The notes beneath the pieces are model-generated. The model saw nothing but the letters and a program-made list of their open reading frames with translations. It did not search any database and had not been told where the DNA came from. The position numbers and the translations under genes are program-made. DNA of 63,318 nucleotides, counting the filler, from Octopus bimaculoides (lineage: Eukaryota): NCBI RefSeq assembly GCF_001194135.2. It is 6 parts of 6 records of this genome, joined end to end, with 100 filler letters (N's around TTAATTAATTAA, not from the genome) between each part and the next. Parts side by side here need not be neighbours in the genome. Positions count along the whole stretch, not along the records: positions 1 to 9,904 come from NC_068988.1; positions 10,005 to 25,830 come from NC_068981.1; 4 more parts are not named here. The stretch is one strand, 5' to 3'. Of the stretch, positions 1 to 12,230 are shown piece after piece (position 1 is the first letter of the stretch; each line of letters begins with the position of its first letter).

Positions 1-88
1 TAGACCCTCCAGTCTATAAAAAAACAACTGTGCATATATGTGTGTATGTGTGTGTGTGTGTGTGTGTGTATGCGCGTGTGCACGTGTG

Positions 89-324
89 TTATTTCTTTAC
101 TACCCACAAGGGGCTAAACGTAGAGGGGACAAACAAGGACAGACAAACACGGATTAAGTCGATTAGATCGACCCCAGTGCGTAACTGGTACTTATTTAAT
201 CGACCCCGAAAGGATGAAAGGCAAAGTCGACCTCGGCGGAATTTGAACTCAGAACGTAGCGGCAGACGAAATACCGCTAAGCATTTCGCCCGGCGTGCTA
301 ACGTTTCTGCCAGCTCGCCGCCTT
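89..324 (-). mobile_element. tRNA-derived SINE, family A, full length
   Basis: Minus-strand head ggcggcgagctggcagaa with B box gagttcaaattcc and central domain gcctttcatcctttcggggtcgat. TSD gtgtgcacgtgtg at 76-88 and 325-337. Confidence 0.9.
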
Positions 325-558
325 GTGTGCACGTGTGTGCATGGTGGTATGAGTGTGTCTCAATGCATTATAATATCAAGACCTTAACAAGTGGTCCATT
401 CGTTTTCTATTTAACTCGGAATATGCGTTTAAAGAACTATTGAGATAAATAAACTTATTTCTACAGTCATACAACAGATCACATTTTAAATTACACTGTA
501 TAACAATTGTTATACTTAGATAGCAGCTGTTATTTCCTATTTGCCTACCCTTAGAAAG

Positions 559-948
559 TGGAGGCGTAATGGCCCAGTGGTTAGGGCAGCGGACTCGCGG
601 TCATAGGATCGCGGTTTCGATTCCCAGACCGGGCGTTGTGAGTGTTTATTGAGCGAAAACACCTGAAGCTCCACGAGGCTCCGGCAGGGTATGGTGGCGA
701 ACCCTGCTGTACTCTTACACCACAACTTTCTCTCACTCTTTCTTCCTGTTTCTGTTGTACCTGTAATTCAAAGGGCCAGCCTTGTCATACTGTGTCACAC
801 TGAATATCCCCGACAACTACGTTAAGGGAACACGTGTCTGTGGAGTGCTCAGCCACTTGCACGTTAATTTCACGAGCAGGCTGTTCCGTTGATCCGATCA
901 ACTGGAACCCTCGACGTCGTAAGCGACGGAGCGCCAACAACAACAACA
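559..948 (+). mobile_element. tRNA-derived SINE with (CAA)n tail
   Basis: A box ggcccagtggttagg, B box gtttcgattccc, 12-bp TSD acccttagaaag (547-558 and 949-960). Its 3' half is shared with 27850-28179 and 43621-43937. Confidence 0.92.
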
Positions 949-966
949 ACCCTTAGAAAGAATGAA

Positions 967-2232
967 AAATGGCTAAATATTTCCTTCGAACTTTGCTTTT
1001 GTTACATTTATTCAAACCCCAAAGAGTCCCTTTCAACATATGGCTATGATGTTCCTCCACTACTCCTGCTCATGATCAGAGATGTACATATTGTGAGCCA
1101 CTATGGGACATGCTCAAGTGGTTATGGTCAAGCAACTGACAAGTAAATCTGTGGTATTGAGCAGAATATTTGTTATAACGATAATTCTGCTTCAGCAGCT
1201 CAGCGCTGAATCTGTCTGAAATGTAATGGTAAATAGGTCAGTTTCAAAACATTGATGTCCAAGTCACAAAAGCAAATTTTGAAGGGAATAGTAGTCATTT
1301 CCTTTAATTTCTCGATAGAAGCAAATTGGAAATAACACTCACTGACCAAAGCCAAAAATTTAACTACAAAGAAAGACAAAAAAAAGGAGAAAAATAGAAA
1401 AGAAAGAAAAGAAGGGTCGCGTAAAGCAGCTGATGGAGGAGCCATCCAAAATAGAATGGTTAATTATAACAGAGATTCTCAGCGATCAGTAAACTCGCAA
1501 TCATCACCGGCTCGTCGTAACACACACACACACACACATATATATATGCGCGCGCACACACACGTGAGTGTGTGTTTGTGTGTGTGTGTGTGTGTGTATA
1601 AAGTCTTGAAATATCGCTAAAGACGACCGTCAACTCTCACCATACCGAACTCCATCACCTTATTATCTTCGAAGAAAATTCACGGCTGAACTTTGGCCTA
1701 ACGATCAAAAGGTCACTTTTTTTGCCATTCAGCAATCAAAAGCTTAAAGATGTCTTACACCTATATTTTAGGGTGTAGAATAGCCGAATTATTTAAAAGT
1801 TCACTTAGCAAACACTTTGTACATGGTTCAACCTCAGTGCTTGACACATTGGGAAAATACCTTCTATAAATAATACAATATATATATATATATATACATA
1901 TATAAATGAGTAGTGGCTAATATTTCCTTAAATCTTTGCTTTTGTTACATTCTTTGTTACCCCAAAGAATGCCTCTCAACACATGGCTATAATGTTCCCC
2001 CACTATTCCTGGTCATGATCAAAGAACCACATATTGTCAGCCACTTTTGGACATGCTCAAGTTGTTGAGGTCAAGCAACAGACAAGTAGAATTTTTGCTA
2101 TAACGATATTTCTGCTGCAGCTACTCAGCGCTGAATCTGTCTGAAATGTAATGGAAAATAGGTCAGTTTCAAAACATTGAAGTCCAAGTCACAAAAGCAA
2201 AGTTTGAAAGGAATAATAGTAATTTCCTTTGG
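967..2232 (+). repeat. Local diverged duplication: about 967-1305 versus about 1912-2232
   Basis: Co-linear blocks such as tcagcgctgaatctgtctgaaatgtaatgg..aataggtcagtttcaaaacattga.gtccaagtcacaaaagcaaa. Confidence 0.85.
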
Positions 2233-2862
2233 TTTCTAGATATAAGAAAATAGGAATTGGCACTTACTAATCAAAGCCCCCTCCCCACCAGCACCACTAC
2301 CAAAACAATTTTTGTTACACAGCGTAATGTTTTATTATAGATCTACTTCTATTGCATAATTTGAATTTATCAATATTAAAGATTTAGAAAAATTACTTTG
2401 GTTAATCCTTGTATTGCTACCTTGGAATATAAATTGGACGCGTCCCTTCTTGCTATTCCACCTACGCAGACATGTTAGGCAATCGAAGAGCTAGCGTTCT
2501 TTGAAGCTGTTAATGTAAGATTTAAGTCTCAATGCCGTTGAGTTTGGTATAATCGAGAATTTTGTTATTCGTAAACATGGCCGGGAAATGCGCAAGAATG
2601 ATTGTAGCTTTGTCTGTGGAACCGTTCCAAACTTATGTCTTTTTTGGTAACGCTGTTAGGCTTCAACCACTATGTATGTATGTATGTATGTATGTATGTA
2701 TGTATGTATGTATGTATGTATGTATGTACACACACATATATATACACACGTACATGTATCTATCTATTTGTTTTCTACATCACCTGTCTTCGTCTGTTGT
2801 TCTTTTTTGTGAATTCTCCCGATATATATATACATATGCATACATATATATANNNNNNNNNN

Positions 2863-2901
<39 letters not shown>

Positions 2902-3696
2902 CATACATACATACACATATGTATGTATTTGTATGCATGTATTTACCGCACAGATACACACGCACGCCCACACATACGCATATATATATATCCGTATATC
3001 AACCCTAGTATATGACTGGTATTTATTTTACTAATTCAGGAATAATAAAGTCAATGTCAACGCCGTCGGTATTTAAACGTGGAATGTGAAGTGAAACTAA
3101 ATAGCTATCAGTACGATTCCATTCAGTGCTCGACTAATTCTAAAGTTGGTACAGATCCAGAAGTTTGTCATTTGAACTGAATATACCATATAACCGATAT
3201 TTATAAATTTCTAAATCCTTGACGGGGTTAATGGCGAAATGTATGTAAATGTGTCGTATGCTAGAAATAGCAGCTAGTGTCCTTCAAATTACAGCCTACC
3301 ATTTTTTAATTTTGTTTTCTTAATTTTGGCTCAAAGCCGGTAATTTTTAGGTGGGATGAAGTCGATTACATCGACTCCAGTGCTCAGCTGGTATTAATTT
3401 ATGAAAGTATGAAAGCGGCATTTGAACTCGAAACGCAAATAACCGAAAGAAATATTGTCAAGCATTTCGTCAGATGTGTTATAATGTAATAATAACTTCA
3501 AATTTTGGCACAAGGTCAGCACTTTTGTGGGAAAAAAGTTGGTTGATTACATCAACCCAAGTGCTCAACTGATAATTATTTTATCGAGAACGAAAAGATG
3601 AAAGGTAAAATTAACTTGGCGGAATTTGAACACAGAACCAGAAGAACCGGAAGAAATATTGGTAACCTTTTTGTTCATCTTTATTAACGATTTTGC

Positions 3697-4074
3697 TAGT
3701 ATGATTCCCTTATTGGGACTGTCACGTTAAGTTTACAACATACAACTACTTGATCGTATCACTACTGCTTAAGTCTCGCTGAGAGATTTAGAAATGTATC
3801 ATTTCTAATTTTGTAATCAGTTAATGTGTTTCTCTAGAATTATTAACGAGAGCTTGACAGGCATCTTCAGCCAGCGAGTCATGCTACTTCAGGCTGATGA
3901 CGAGCAAAAAACTCAGAAACTTGTCCCTGGATGCAGGCTTGGCTGGGTGGAGGTGCTTGTCTCCCCCTCGTAAACATAACGCCACAGGAAATGTGTCAAG
4001 GCCGACAGAAAGGGCTAAATAGCAGTAGTATGATTCCCTTATTGAGACTGTCACGTTAAGTTGACAGCATACAA

Positions 4075-4079
<5 letters not shown>
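3697..4079 (+). repeat. 329-bp unit bounded by a 54-bp direct repeat (3697-3750 and 4026-4079), enclosing the hammerhead motif
   Basis: tagtatgattcccttattg(g/a)gactgtcacgttaagtt(t/g)aca(a/g)catacaactact occurs twice, 51/54 identical. Confidence 0.85.
3868..3945 (+). ncRNA. Type I hammerhead ribozyme-like motif with minimal stem III
   Basis: ttcagg-CTGATGA-c-GAG-caaaaaa-CTC-a-GAAA-c-tt-GTC-cctgga. Stem I is ttcagg/cctgga and extends through tgc/gca and cagccag/ttggctg. The cleavage triplet is GUC. The 10.1-11.1 position is a C-A mismatch. Confidence 0.6.
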
Positions 4080-4115
<36 letters not shown>

Positions 4116-4575
4116 NNNNNNNNNNNNNNNNNNNNNNNNNNNNNNNNNNNNNNNNNNNNNNNNNNNNNNNNNNNNNNNNNNNNNNNNNNNNNNNNNNNNN
4201 NNNNNNNNNNNNNNNNNNNNNNNNNNNNNNNNNNNNNNNNNNNNNNNNNNNNNNNNNNNNNNNNNNNNNNNNNNNNNNNNNNNNNNNNNNNNNNNNNNNN
4301 NNNNNNNNNNNNNNNNNNNNNNNNNNNNNNNNNNNNNNNNNNNNNNNNNNNNNNNNNNNNNNNNNNNNNNNNNNNNNNNNNNNNNNNNNNNNNNNNNNNN
4401 NNNNNNNNNNNNNNNNNNNNNNNNNNNNNNNNNNNNNNNNNNNNNNNNNNNNNNNNNNNNNNNNNNNNNNNNNNNNNNNNNNNNNNNNNNNNNNNNNNNN
4501 NNNNNNNNNNNNNNNNNNNNNNNNNNNNNNNNNNNNNNNCACACGCACACATATATATATATATATACATATATA

Positions 4576-4738
4576 CGACGGGCTTCTTTCAGTTTCCGTC
4601 TACCAAATCCACTCACAAGGCTTTGGTCGGCCCGAGGCTATAGTAGAAGACACTTGCCCAAGATGCCACGCAGTGGGAATGAACCCGGAACCATGTTGTT
4701 GGTAAGGAAGCTACTTACCACACAGCCACTCCTGCGTC
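4576..4738 (-). mobile_element. tRNA-derived SINE, family B (CORE-like centre)
   Basis: Minus-strand head gacgcaggagtggctgtgtggtaagtagc and centre ccttgggcaagtgtcttc-like. Related copies lie at about 17500-17660, 21570-21742 and 36815-36860. Confidence 0.8.
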
Positions 4739-6375
4739 TATTGAATATTTAAATCATATTTGATATTATTGATACTTGTAAACATTGAAACTTTGAAACA
4801 TGTTTTCTTAATTCCTAATTTGAAATTTTTACCATTGACAAACAAAAAATATTGTTGCNNNNNNNNNNNNNNNNNNNNNNNNNNNNNNNNNNNNNNNNNN
4901 NNNNNNNNNNNNNNNNNNNNNNNNNNNNNNNNNNNNNNNNNNNNNNNNNNNNNNNNNNNNNNNNNNNNNNNNNNNNNNNNNNNNNNNNNNNNNNNNNNNN
5001 NNNNNNNNNNNNNNNNNNNNNNNNNNNNNNNNNNNNNNNNNNNNNNNNNNNNNNNNNNNNNNNNNNNNNNNNNNNNNNNNNNNNNNNNNNNNNNNNNNNN
5101 NNNNNNNNNNNNNNNNNNNNNNNNNNNNNNNNNNNNNNNNNNNNNNNNNNNNNNNNNNNNNNNNNNNNNNNNNNNNNNNNNNNNNNNNNNNNNNNNNNNN
5201 NNNNNNNNNNNNNNNNNNNNNNNNNNNNNNNNNNNNNNNNNNNNNNNNNNNNNNNNNNNNNNNNNNNNNNNNNNNNNNNNNNNNNNNNNNNNNNNNNNNN
5301 NNNNNNNNNNNNNNNNNNNNNNNNNNNNNNNNNNNNNNNNNNNNNNNNNNNNNNNNNNNNNNNNNNNNNNNNNNNNNNNNNNNNNNNNNNNNNNNNNNNN
5401 NNNNNNNNNNNNNNNNNNNNNNNNNNNNNNNNNNNNNNNNNNNNNNNNNNNNNNNNNNNNNNNNNNNNNNNNNNNNNNNNNNNNNNNNNNNNNNNNNNNN
5501 NNNNNNNNNNNNNNNNNNNNNNNNNNNNNNNNNNNNNNNNNNNNNNNNNNNNNNNNNNNNNNNNNNNNNNNNNNNNNNNNNNNNNNNNNNNNNNNNNNNN
5601 NNNNNNNNNNNNNNNNNNNNNNNNNNNNNNNNNNNNNNNNNNNNNNNNNNNNNNNNNNNNNNNNNNNNNNNNNNNNNNNNNNNNNNNNNNNNNNNNNNNN
5701 NNNNNNNNNNNNNNNNNNNNNNNNNNNNNNNNNNNNNNNNGTTGATGATGATGATGGTGGTGGTGGTGGTGGTGGTGGTAGTGGTGGTGGTGGTGGTGCT
5801 AATGGTGGTGTTGGAGCTGGCGGCAGTGATTTGAGACAGATTTGGTTGCTATTTCTAGCAGGTCAAACGAATACCCACAGGCTCCAAGCTCGCACGTTTA
5901 AGTCGATCAAATCTTGTCAATTGTTATTGTTATTACTGTTGTTGTTTACGAATATTTATGTATGTTTTTATGCGTTTCGTTGTTTTACAATTTGAATTGC
6001 GGCCATGCTGGGGCATCGCCTTCAAAGATTTTAGGCGATCTAATCAGCCCTTGTACTTATATTAAGCCTCATATTCCACCAGTCCTGTTTTGCCGAACTG
6101 CTAAGTTAGGGTGGCGTAAACAAATCTACACCGATTGTCAAGTAATGAGTGACAAATATGTATAAAACACGCACGCACTCACACACAAACGCACACACAC
6201 ACACACACACGCACACACACACACAAACACATACACACACTCACGCATACACACACACAAACATATACATACACACTCACACACAAGCACACACACACAC
6301 ACACAAACACATACACACACTCACGCATACACACACACACAAACACACACATACACACACAGATACACACACACA

Positions 6376-6419
<44 letters not shown>

Positions 6420-7416
6420 TTCGATTACTCTCTCTCTTTCGATTACTCTCTCTCTCTCTCTCTCTCTCTCTCTNNNNNNNNNNNNNNNNNNNNNNNNNNN
6501 NNNNNNNNNNNNNNNNNNNNNNNNNNNNNNNNNNNNNNNNNNNNNNNNNNNNNNNNNNNNNNNNNNNNNNNNNNNNNNNNNNNNNNNNNNNNNNNNNNNN
6601 NNNNNNNNNNNNNNNNNNNNNNNNNNNNNNNNNNNNNNNNNNNNNNNNNNNNNNNNNNNNNNNNNNNNNNNNNNNNNNNNNNNNNNNNNNNNNNNNNNNN
6701 NNNNNNNNNNNNNNNNNNNNNNNNNNNNNNNNNNNNNNNNNNNNNNNNNNNNNNNNNNNNNNNNNNNNNNNNNNNNNNNNNNNNNNNNNNNNNNNNNNNN
6801 NNNNNNNNNNNNNNNNNNNNNNNNNNNNNNNNNNNNNNNNNNNNNNNNNNNNNNNNNNNNNNNNNNNNNNNNNNNNNNNNNNNNNNNNNNNNNNNNNNNN
6901 NNNNNNNNNNNNNNNNNNNNNNNNNNNNNNNNNNNNNNNNNNNNNNNNNNNNNNNNNNNNNNNNNNNNNNNNNNNNNNNNNNNNNNNNNNNNNNNNNNNN
7001 NNNNNNNNNNNNNNNNNNNNNNNNNNNNNNNNNNNNNNNNNNNNNNNNNNNNNNNNNNNNNNNNNNNNNNNNNNNNNNNNNNNNNNNNNNNNNNNNNNNN
7101 NNNNNNNNNNNNNNNNNNNNNNNNNNNNNNNNNNNNNNNNNNNNNNNNNNNNNNNNNNNNNNNNNNNNNNNNNNNNNNNNNNNNNNNNNNNNNNNNNNNN
7201 NNNNNNNNNNNNNNNNNNNNNNNNNNNNNNNNNNNNNNNNNNNNNNNNNNNNNNNNNNNNNNNNNNNNNNNNNNNNNNNNNNNNNNNNNNNNNNNNNNNN
7301 NNNNNNNNNNNNNNNNNNNNNNNNNNNNNNNNNNNNNNNNNNNNNNNNNNNNNNNNNNNNNNNNNNNNNNNNNNNNNNNNNNNNNNNNNNNACACACACA
7401 CACACACACATACACA

Positions 7417-7461
<45 letters not shown>

Positions 7462-7894
7462 AACACTGTTGATTTGAACGCAAATATGAATCTCTCTCTC
7501 CCACTCCCTCTGTATATATATATCTACATAAATATATACATCTATATATATACGTGTGCGTGTGTGTGTATGTATACACACATTCACATGCACACACATA
7601 CATACACACAAGGGGTGGGGGCTTGAGGGCCACGTGCCCCTCGCCCCTCAAGAAAAGAAGTGCGCCCTTCTAAATAATGTTATTACGCCCTTTTCTCCTG
7701 GAATTGTATTCCTTTCTGATCTTGTGCCCTCTCTTCGAAAAATTCCTGGGACCGCGCCTGTACATACATACATACATACATACATACGTGCATACATGCA
7801 TACATACATACATACATGCATACATATTCATGTGCAATACGTATATATACATATACGCATGCGTGTATGTATATATGTACGTGCGTGCTAAGTT

Positions 7895-8358
7895 TGTGGT
7901 GTTGAATGTTACGGTTGGTTGAACAGGATGTTCTCTGCTATTGCTGATAAGAAAGGAAACATTGGATTTTGTAGGGATTTACATTTAATCTATTTTTATG
8001 GAGACAATTTTGAAGTGCTTTAAGTTGAGGTCGGGTGTATTTTGCAACACTGTCGCATGAATGATAGGAGGATATGAGTGTGACGTCATTGTTGAATGAA
8101 GTAGCTTGTATAACTTTGAAGATCTCAGAAGGTCAGGTCTTGTGGGTATAGTTTGATAAGAGTGGGAGAGAGTACGGTTCCTTGTGATGCTCCTTTCGGG
8201 AAATTACAAAATATGGAAGTGTTCTTGTACGCTACGTCGACTTAGCAGCCCAACTGGTAATTTTCTAAGCCAGTATTTTGTCTTGTTTCCCAGTGTGGTG
8301 TTGAATATCTTTGTACAAATGGATAATGGCGAACAGAGTCGAAAGCTTTCCTGATATT
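7895..8358 (-). mobile_element. Degenerate non-LTR reverse transcriptase fragment
   Basis: Minus-strand remnants NIRKAFDSVRH, GASQGTVLSPTL, FNNDVTL and NRLNVNP correspond to DxxKAFD, GVPQGSxLSP, YADD and the downstream motif. A SINE interrupts it at 8359. Confidence 0.65.
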
Positions 8359-8568
8359 TGTTACAAATTTTGGCACAAGGCTAGCAGTTTCGAAGGAGGA
8401 GCAAGCCGGTTATATGGATCCCAGTGTTCTATAGGTACTTATTTAATCGATCGCGAAATGGTGAAAGATAAAGTCGACATCGGCGGATTTTGAACTCAAC
8501 GTACAGACGGACGAAATACCGCTAAGGTTTTGTCCGGCTTGCAAACGATTCTGCCAGCTCGCCGCCTT
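8359..8568 (-). mobile_element. SINE family A inserted into the RT relic
   Basis: 16-bp TSD aagctttcct(g/c)atatt at 8343-8358 and 8569-8584. Confidence 0.85.
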
Positions 8569-8809
8569 AAGCTTTCCTCATATTAAATTTTACGTATAGG
8601 ATATTTCTATATTTTCTTCTTTTATCTATTACTTGTTCCAGTCATTGGGCTGCGGCCATGCAGGGGCACCGCCTTGAAGGGTTTAGTCGAACAAATCAGC
8701 ACCAGTTTTATTTTTATGTCAGGTTCTTATCGTATCGGTCTCTTTTGTCAAGCCTCTAAGGTACGGGGACTGTCTTTTGTGGCTTCAACTATCTTGTCGA
8801 ACTAAGTAC

Positions 8810-9720
8810 CAATTGTAATACCCATCATTGTTTCATTCCACCTTCCCTGATATTGGTTACCCAAGAACTGTATGTCCTAATGGAATCATTCACCCTGCTC
8901 GTCAAACACGGCAAGAAGAGTGGACACAGAGCCGCTCAAGTGACGTTTTGTATCCCAGACTTCTTTAACTTCCCAGACATTCTTCGATAGGAACTTTGTT
9001 ATTCTCAGTTTTGTTGTTATCCATAAACCAAAGATGTAACCTCTATTTGTTGATTCAAAAGTTAGACGAGTTGGAATCAGCAGTTGTTTGTCGTGTACAG
9101 GGTCAGATTTATGAATGGCTTAATATGGGCCTGGGGACCCCAAACTCGGGGTTCCTCAGCTCAAAGATTGGAGTTAAAAATTGAAAAATCGCAACAGTCA
9201 AATGAATAATCTATAACTTATTTACTTGTTTAATTTTTTAATCCAATAGAATTCTTTTAAAATTATTGAACCTTCTTTTAGGTTTAAAAAACTATTTATT
9301 TTAACTGAATCCCTCTGAATCTACAAGGGTCGTTTTAGGTTTTGGGGCCTCTTCAAACTATTTGGGATCCCTAAATTTAATGGGTACCTCTTTATTATTA
9401 TATTTTTGTAACAGCAAATTCGTAGGGGGTTACCGAAACTTATTGGCATAAGAACCCCGTCTAAGTCCAGCCTTGTTCATATGGCACTGGTACAACTGAA
9501 GATGGGTTGTTTAGATAGATAAGTTTCTTCGCATTTTCGTATCTTGAGATCCTTTATAAGTATACACGTCCACCATATAGAAATAGCAGTTATTTAGATA
9601 GTTTGTCGTTTCTCGACAGATTATCGGAATAGAAAACGGCCAGCATTTCCTACTACAAACATTCACTCTTCTAGAGTACATTCTTGGTATTTATGGAAGC
9701 AACTGTCTTCAAGGACTCAT
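8810..9720 (-). mobile_element. Second, more degenerate Chapaev3-like relic, internally deleted and interrupted
   Basis: N-terminal zinc-finger remnant SRKCWPFSIPIICRETTNYLNNCYFYMVDV...LIYLNNPSSVVPVP at about 9477-9655. C-terminal remnants FMDNNKTENNK...SLGYKTSL and DEQGE*FH*DI...YQGRWNETMM at about 8815-9060. Confidence 0.65.
9098..9475. mobile_element. Possible hAT-like MITE inserted in the Chapaev relic
   Basis: Imperfect termini cagggtcagattta / ctaagtccagccttg. No clear 8-bp TSD. Confidence 0.3.
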
Positions 9721-9871
9721 ATTGTCGTTGATTGCTCCAAATAGGGAGTAGACAGACAGCCAACAACTGATGAAGGGTCGTTCTTTGTATTACTTGTCCT
9801 GTTTTCCGTTTTCTCTCTCATTGTTTGTGTATTTAACTGATTTGTTTTCGTATTAAATGTTGTTTACTGTG

Positions 9872-9904
<33 letters not shown>

Positions 9905-10004
9905 NNNNNNNNNNNNNNNNNNNNNNNNNNNNNNNNNNNNNNNNNNNNTTAATTAATTAANNNNNNNNNNNNNNNNNNNNNNNNNNNNNNNNNNNNNNNN
10001 NNNN

Positions 10005-10074
<70 letters not shown>

Positions 10075-11136
10075 ATGAGAGAGGGGAGAGAGAGACTAGA
10101 TACACATTGATTCTAGTATAAAGAGAGAATTTGGGATGTATCGTTTGTAAGTGAGAGAAGTAAATATATTTGTAAATAAGAGCAAAGTAATAATGAGAGA
10201 AAAGAAAGTGAAAGTTATATGAGATTTGTATATATATTCCAGCCTGGTTTGGTTTGTTTTTGTTTTGTAAGCTCCTCAAAGAAAACTGGATTATTCGAAT
10301 ACACATACACACACACATATACATGTATGTATGTATGTTTGTATATATGTGCGTGTATGTACGTGTATATACATATGTGTGTGTGTGTGTGTGTATCTAC
10401 ATACATATATACAATTACATATTTTGAATAGATACTTCTTAAATTACGGTTGTTATTTTGTTGTTTGGTTGTTTTTCACTTGTTTTTTTTTTTTGCTGTT
10501 GTTATGGTTCTAAAGGAACTAATGACTTGAGAATATGTTAGAAGAATACACTTGAATGGTTTTTTTGCTGCCAAATCTAATACCAAAGAGGAATTTAAAC
10601 ACAGTTGTTGATTCTTACGGAAAAGTAACACATTTTCTGTAATTTGAGCCCACAACTAAATGAATTATATATATAGTGCATGTATCAAATAATGTAGAGT
10701 CCTTAGAATGTCGATAAATTTCATTGACGTAAGCAGCGAAAAGTTTAACGTTTCAGAGTATCGTCTTTCATCAAAATCATGTAAGACAAGTGTGCTGTTG
10801 GTCTAGTTGATGACAGTCTGGATCCGCTCTATTGAAGAGAAAGAGCTTGGAATGCAGAACATCCCCTCTTTTGGATTAACTGTTGCCGACGCAGACTCTC
10901 ATCAGTTTCATGTGGTCTTGGATTATGCCACATAGATTTAAATGGATTTGGGAATCTCTAAAGTAATTCTTGTAAGATTACTTTGAACCAATGAGGAAAG
11001 GCTATGCATCAAGCAATGAAGCAATGGTGAGGTTCGAATCTACAGCTGTTAGATTGTTAATCAGAAACTCTATCGATAAAACTAGCATTCTTGATATTTG
11101 GTACGCTTGCAGAATCATTAGCAAGTAGGACGAAAT

Positions 11137-11289
11137 GCGATTCGATTGTATAAATGTTTTATTCGTTGAACAATATTTCGACAGTACGTCTGTCTTTGTC
11201 AAGTTTCACCTTTTGTTTTGAACTTGACAAAGACAGACGTACTGTCGAAATATTTTTCAACGAATAAAACATTTATACAATCGAATCGC
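11137..11289. repeat. Near-perfect long inverted repeat (69-bp arms, 15-nt loop)
   Basis: 11137-11205 is the reverse complement of 11221-11289 with a single mismatch. Confidence 0.95.
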
Positions 11290-11304
11290 GCTCTTCGTCT
11301 TGAC

Positions 11305-11353
<49 letters not shown>

Positions 11354-11355
<2 letters not shown>

Positions 11356-11512
11356 AAAAAAAATGCTTTCTAATTGATGTATCAATACCAGCAGATGACA
11401 ACGTTTCTCTAAAAGAAATGGAAAAACTTTCAAAATACAAAGACCTGGAAATAGAGATAACTCGAATGTGGAATCTAAAAACAGAAACAATTCCTATCAT
11501 AGTAGGTGCCTT
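11354..11512 (+). mobile_element. Dong/R4-like non-LTR retrotransposon, 5'-truncated RLE-domain fragment in (TAA)n
   Basis: Translates as KKCFLIDVSIPADDNVSLKEMEKLSKYKDLEIEITRMWNLKTETIPIIVGA. Directly preceded by (TAA)n at 11305-11352 and runs into a gap. Confidence 0.85.
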
Positions 11513-11685
11513 NNNNNNNNNNNNNNNNNNNNNNNNNNNNNNNNNNNNNNNNNNNNNNNNNNNNNNNNNNNNNNNNNNNNNNNNNNNNNNNNNNNNNNNN
11601 NNNNNNNNNNNNNNNNNNNNNNNNNNNNNNNNNNNNNNNNNNNNNNNNNNNNNNNNNNNNNNNNNNNNNNNNNNNNNNNNNNNNN

Positions 11686-11723
<38 letters not shown>

Positions 11724-11724
<1 letters not shown>

Positions 11725-12027
11725 GGGCTGATTACTACCTAGCTCAGATACCAGGAAACCTCAAAATGGCTGAAGTTCAAAAGATAGTGCTCATGGGAAC
11801 TGCCCAATATCCTACGTAAAATACTGTCTATGTGATCTCAAATTTTAAAGCAAACACATAATTTTCTTATGGTTTCTTAAACATTCACTAGAACAAAACT
11901 GTACAAATCCAAATATATGGTACCCTAGGCATAACACCTACATGAACTTCTAACTTGTTGTCTCTTGAGGTCTCTGGGTGAGACTTGGATCCAACTTGTA
12001 CAAATGCAAAACAAAAGTCAAACATAA
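11724..12027 (+). mobile_element. Dong/R4-like LINE of a second subfamily, C-terminus plus 3' UTR
   Basis: Translates as ADYYLAQIPGNLKMAEVQKIVLMGTA, then after a frameshift ILRKILSM*. (TAA)n lies on both sides. Confidence 0.7.
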
Positions 12028-12043
12028 AATAATAATAATAATA

Positions 12044-12230
12044 CTAACATCGAAAAATGCCTTAGGAATAAGAACCCAAGTTCGAAATTTCCTCAGGACA
12101 CCTGAAGAAGGCTGGAGAGTACATCAGCCGAATCGTTATGTTAACAACAAAGAAGATGAGGACAAATATCCGTCAAATGTAAATAATGTACATAATTTCT
12201 CGTTTCTCAAATATAGAACTCACTACATAG
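12044..12230 (+). mobile_element. Penelope-like pLTR fragment with a decayed minimal hammerhead (about 12097-12142)
   Basis: gacac-CTGAAGA-a-GGCTG-gagagtacat-CAGCC-GAAT-cgtt-atgtt. Stem II is perfect but GAAA is mutated to GAAT and stem I carries a mismatch. Confidence 0.6.

Noticed and set aside
559-640. tRNA-like sequences with A and B boxes at SINE heads
   Set aside because: They continue into SINE bodies with tails and TSDs, and have no complete cloverleaf, so they are not tRNA genes.
9949-9960. TTAATTAATTAA islands inside N runs (also about 25875, 38730, 58655 and 60679)
   Set aside because: The same 12-mer sits in the middle of equal-sized gaps and has stops in all six frames; it is a scaffolding spacer.
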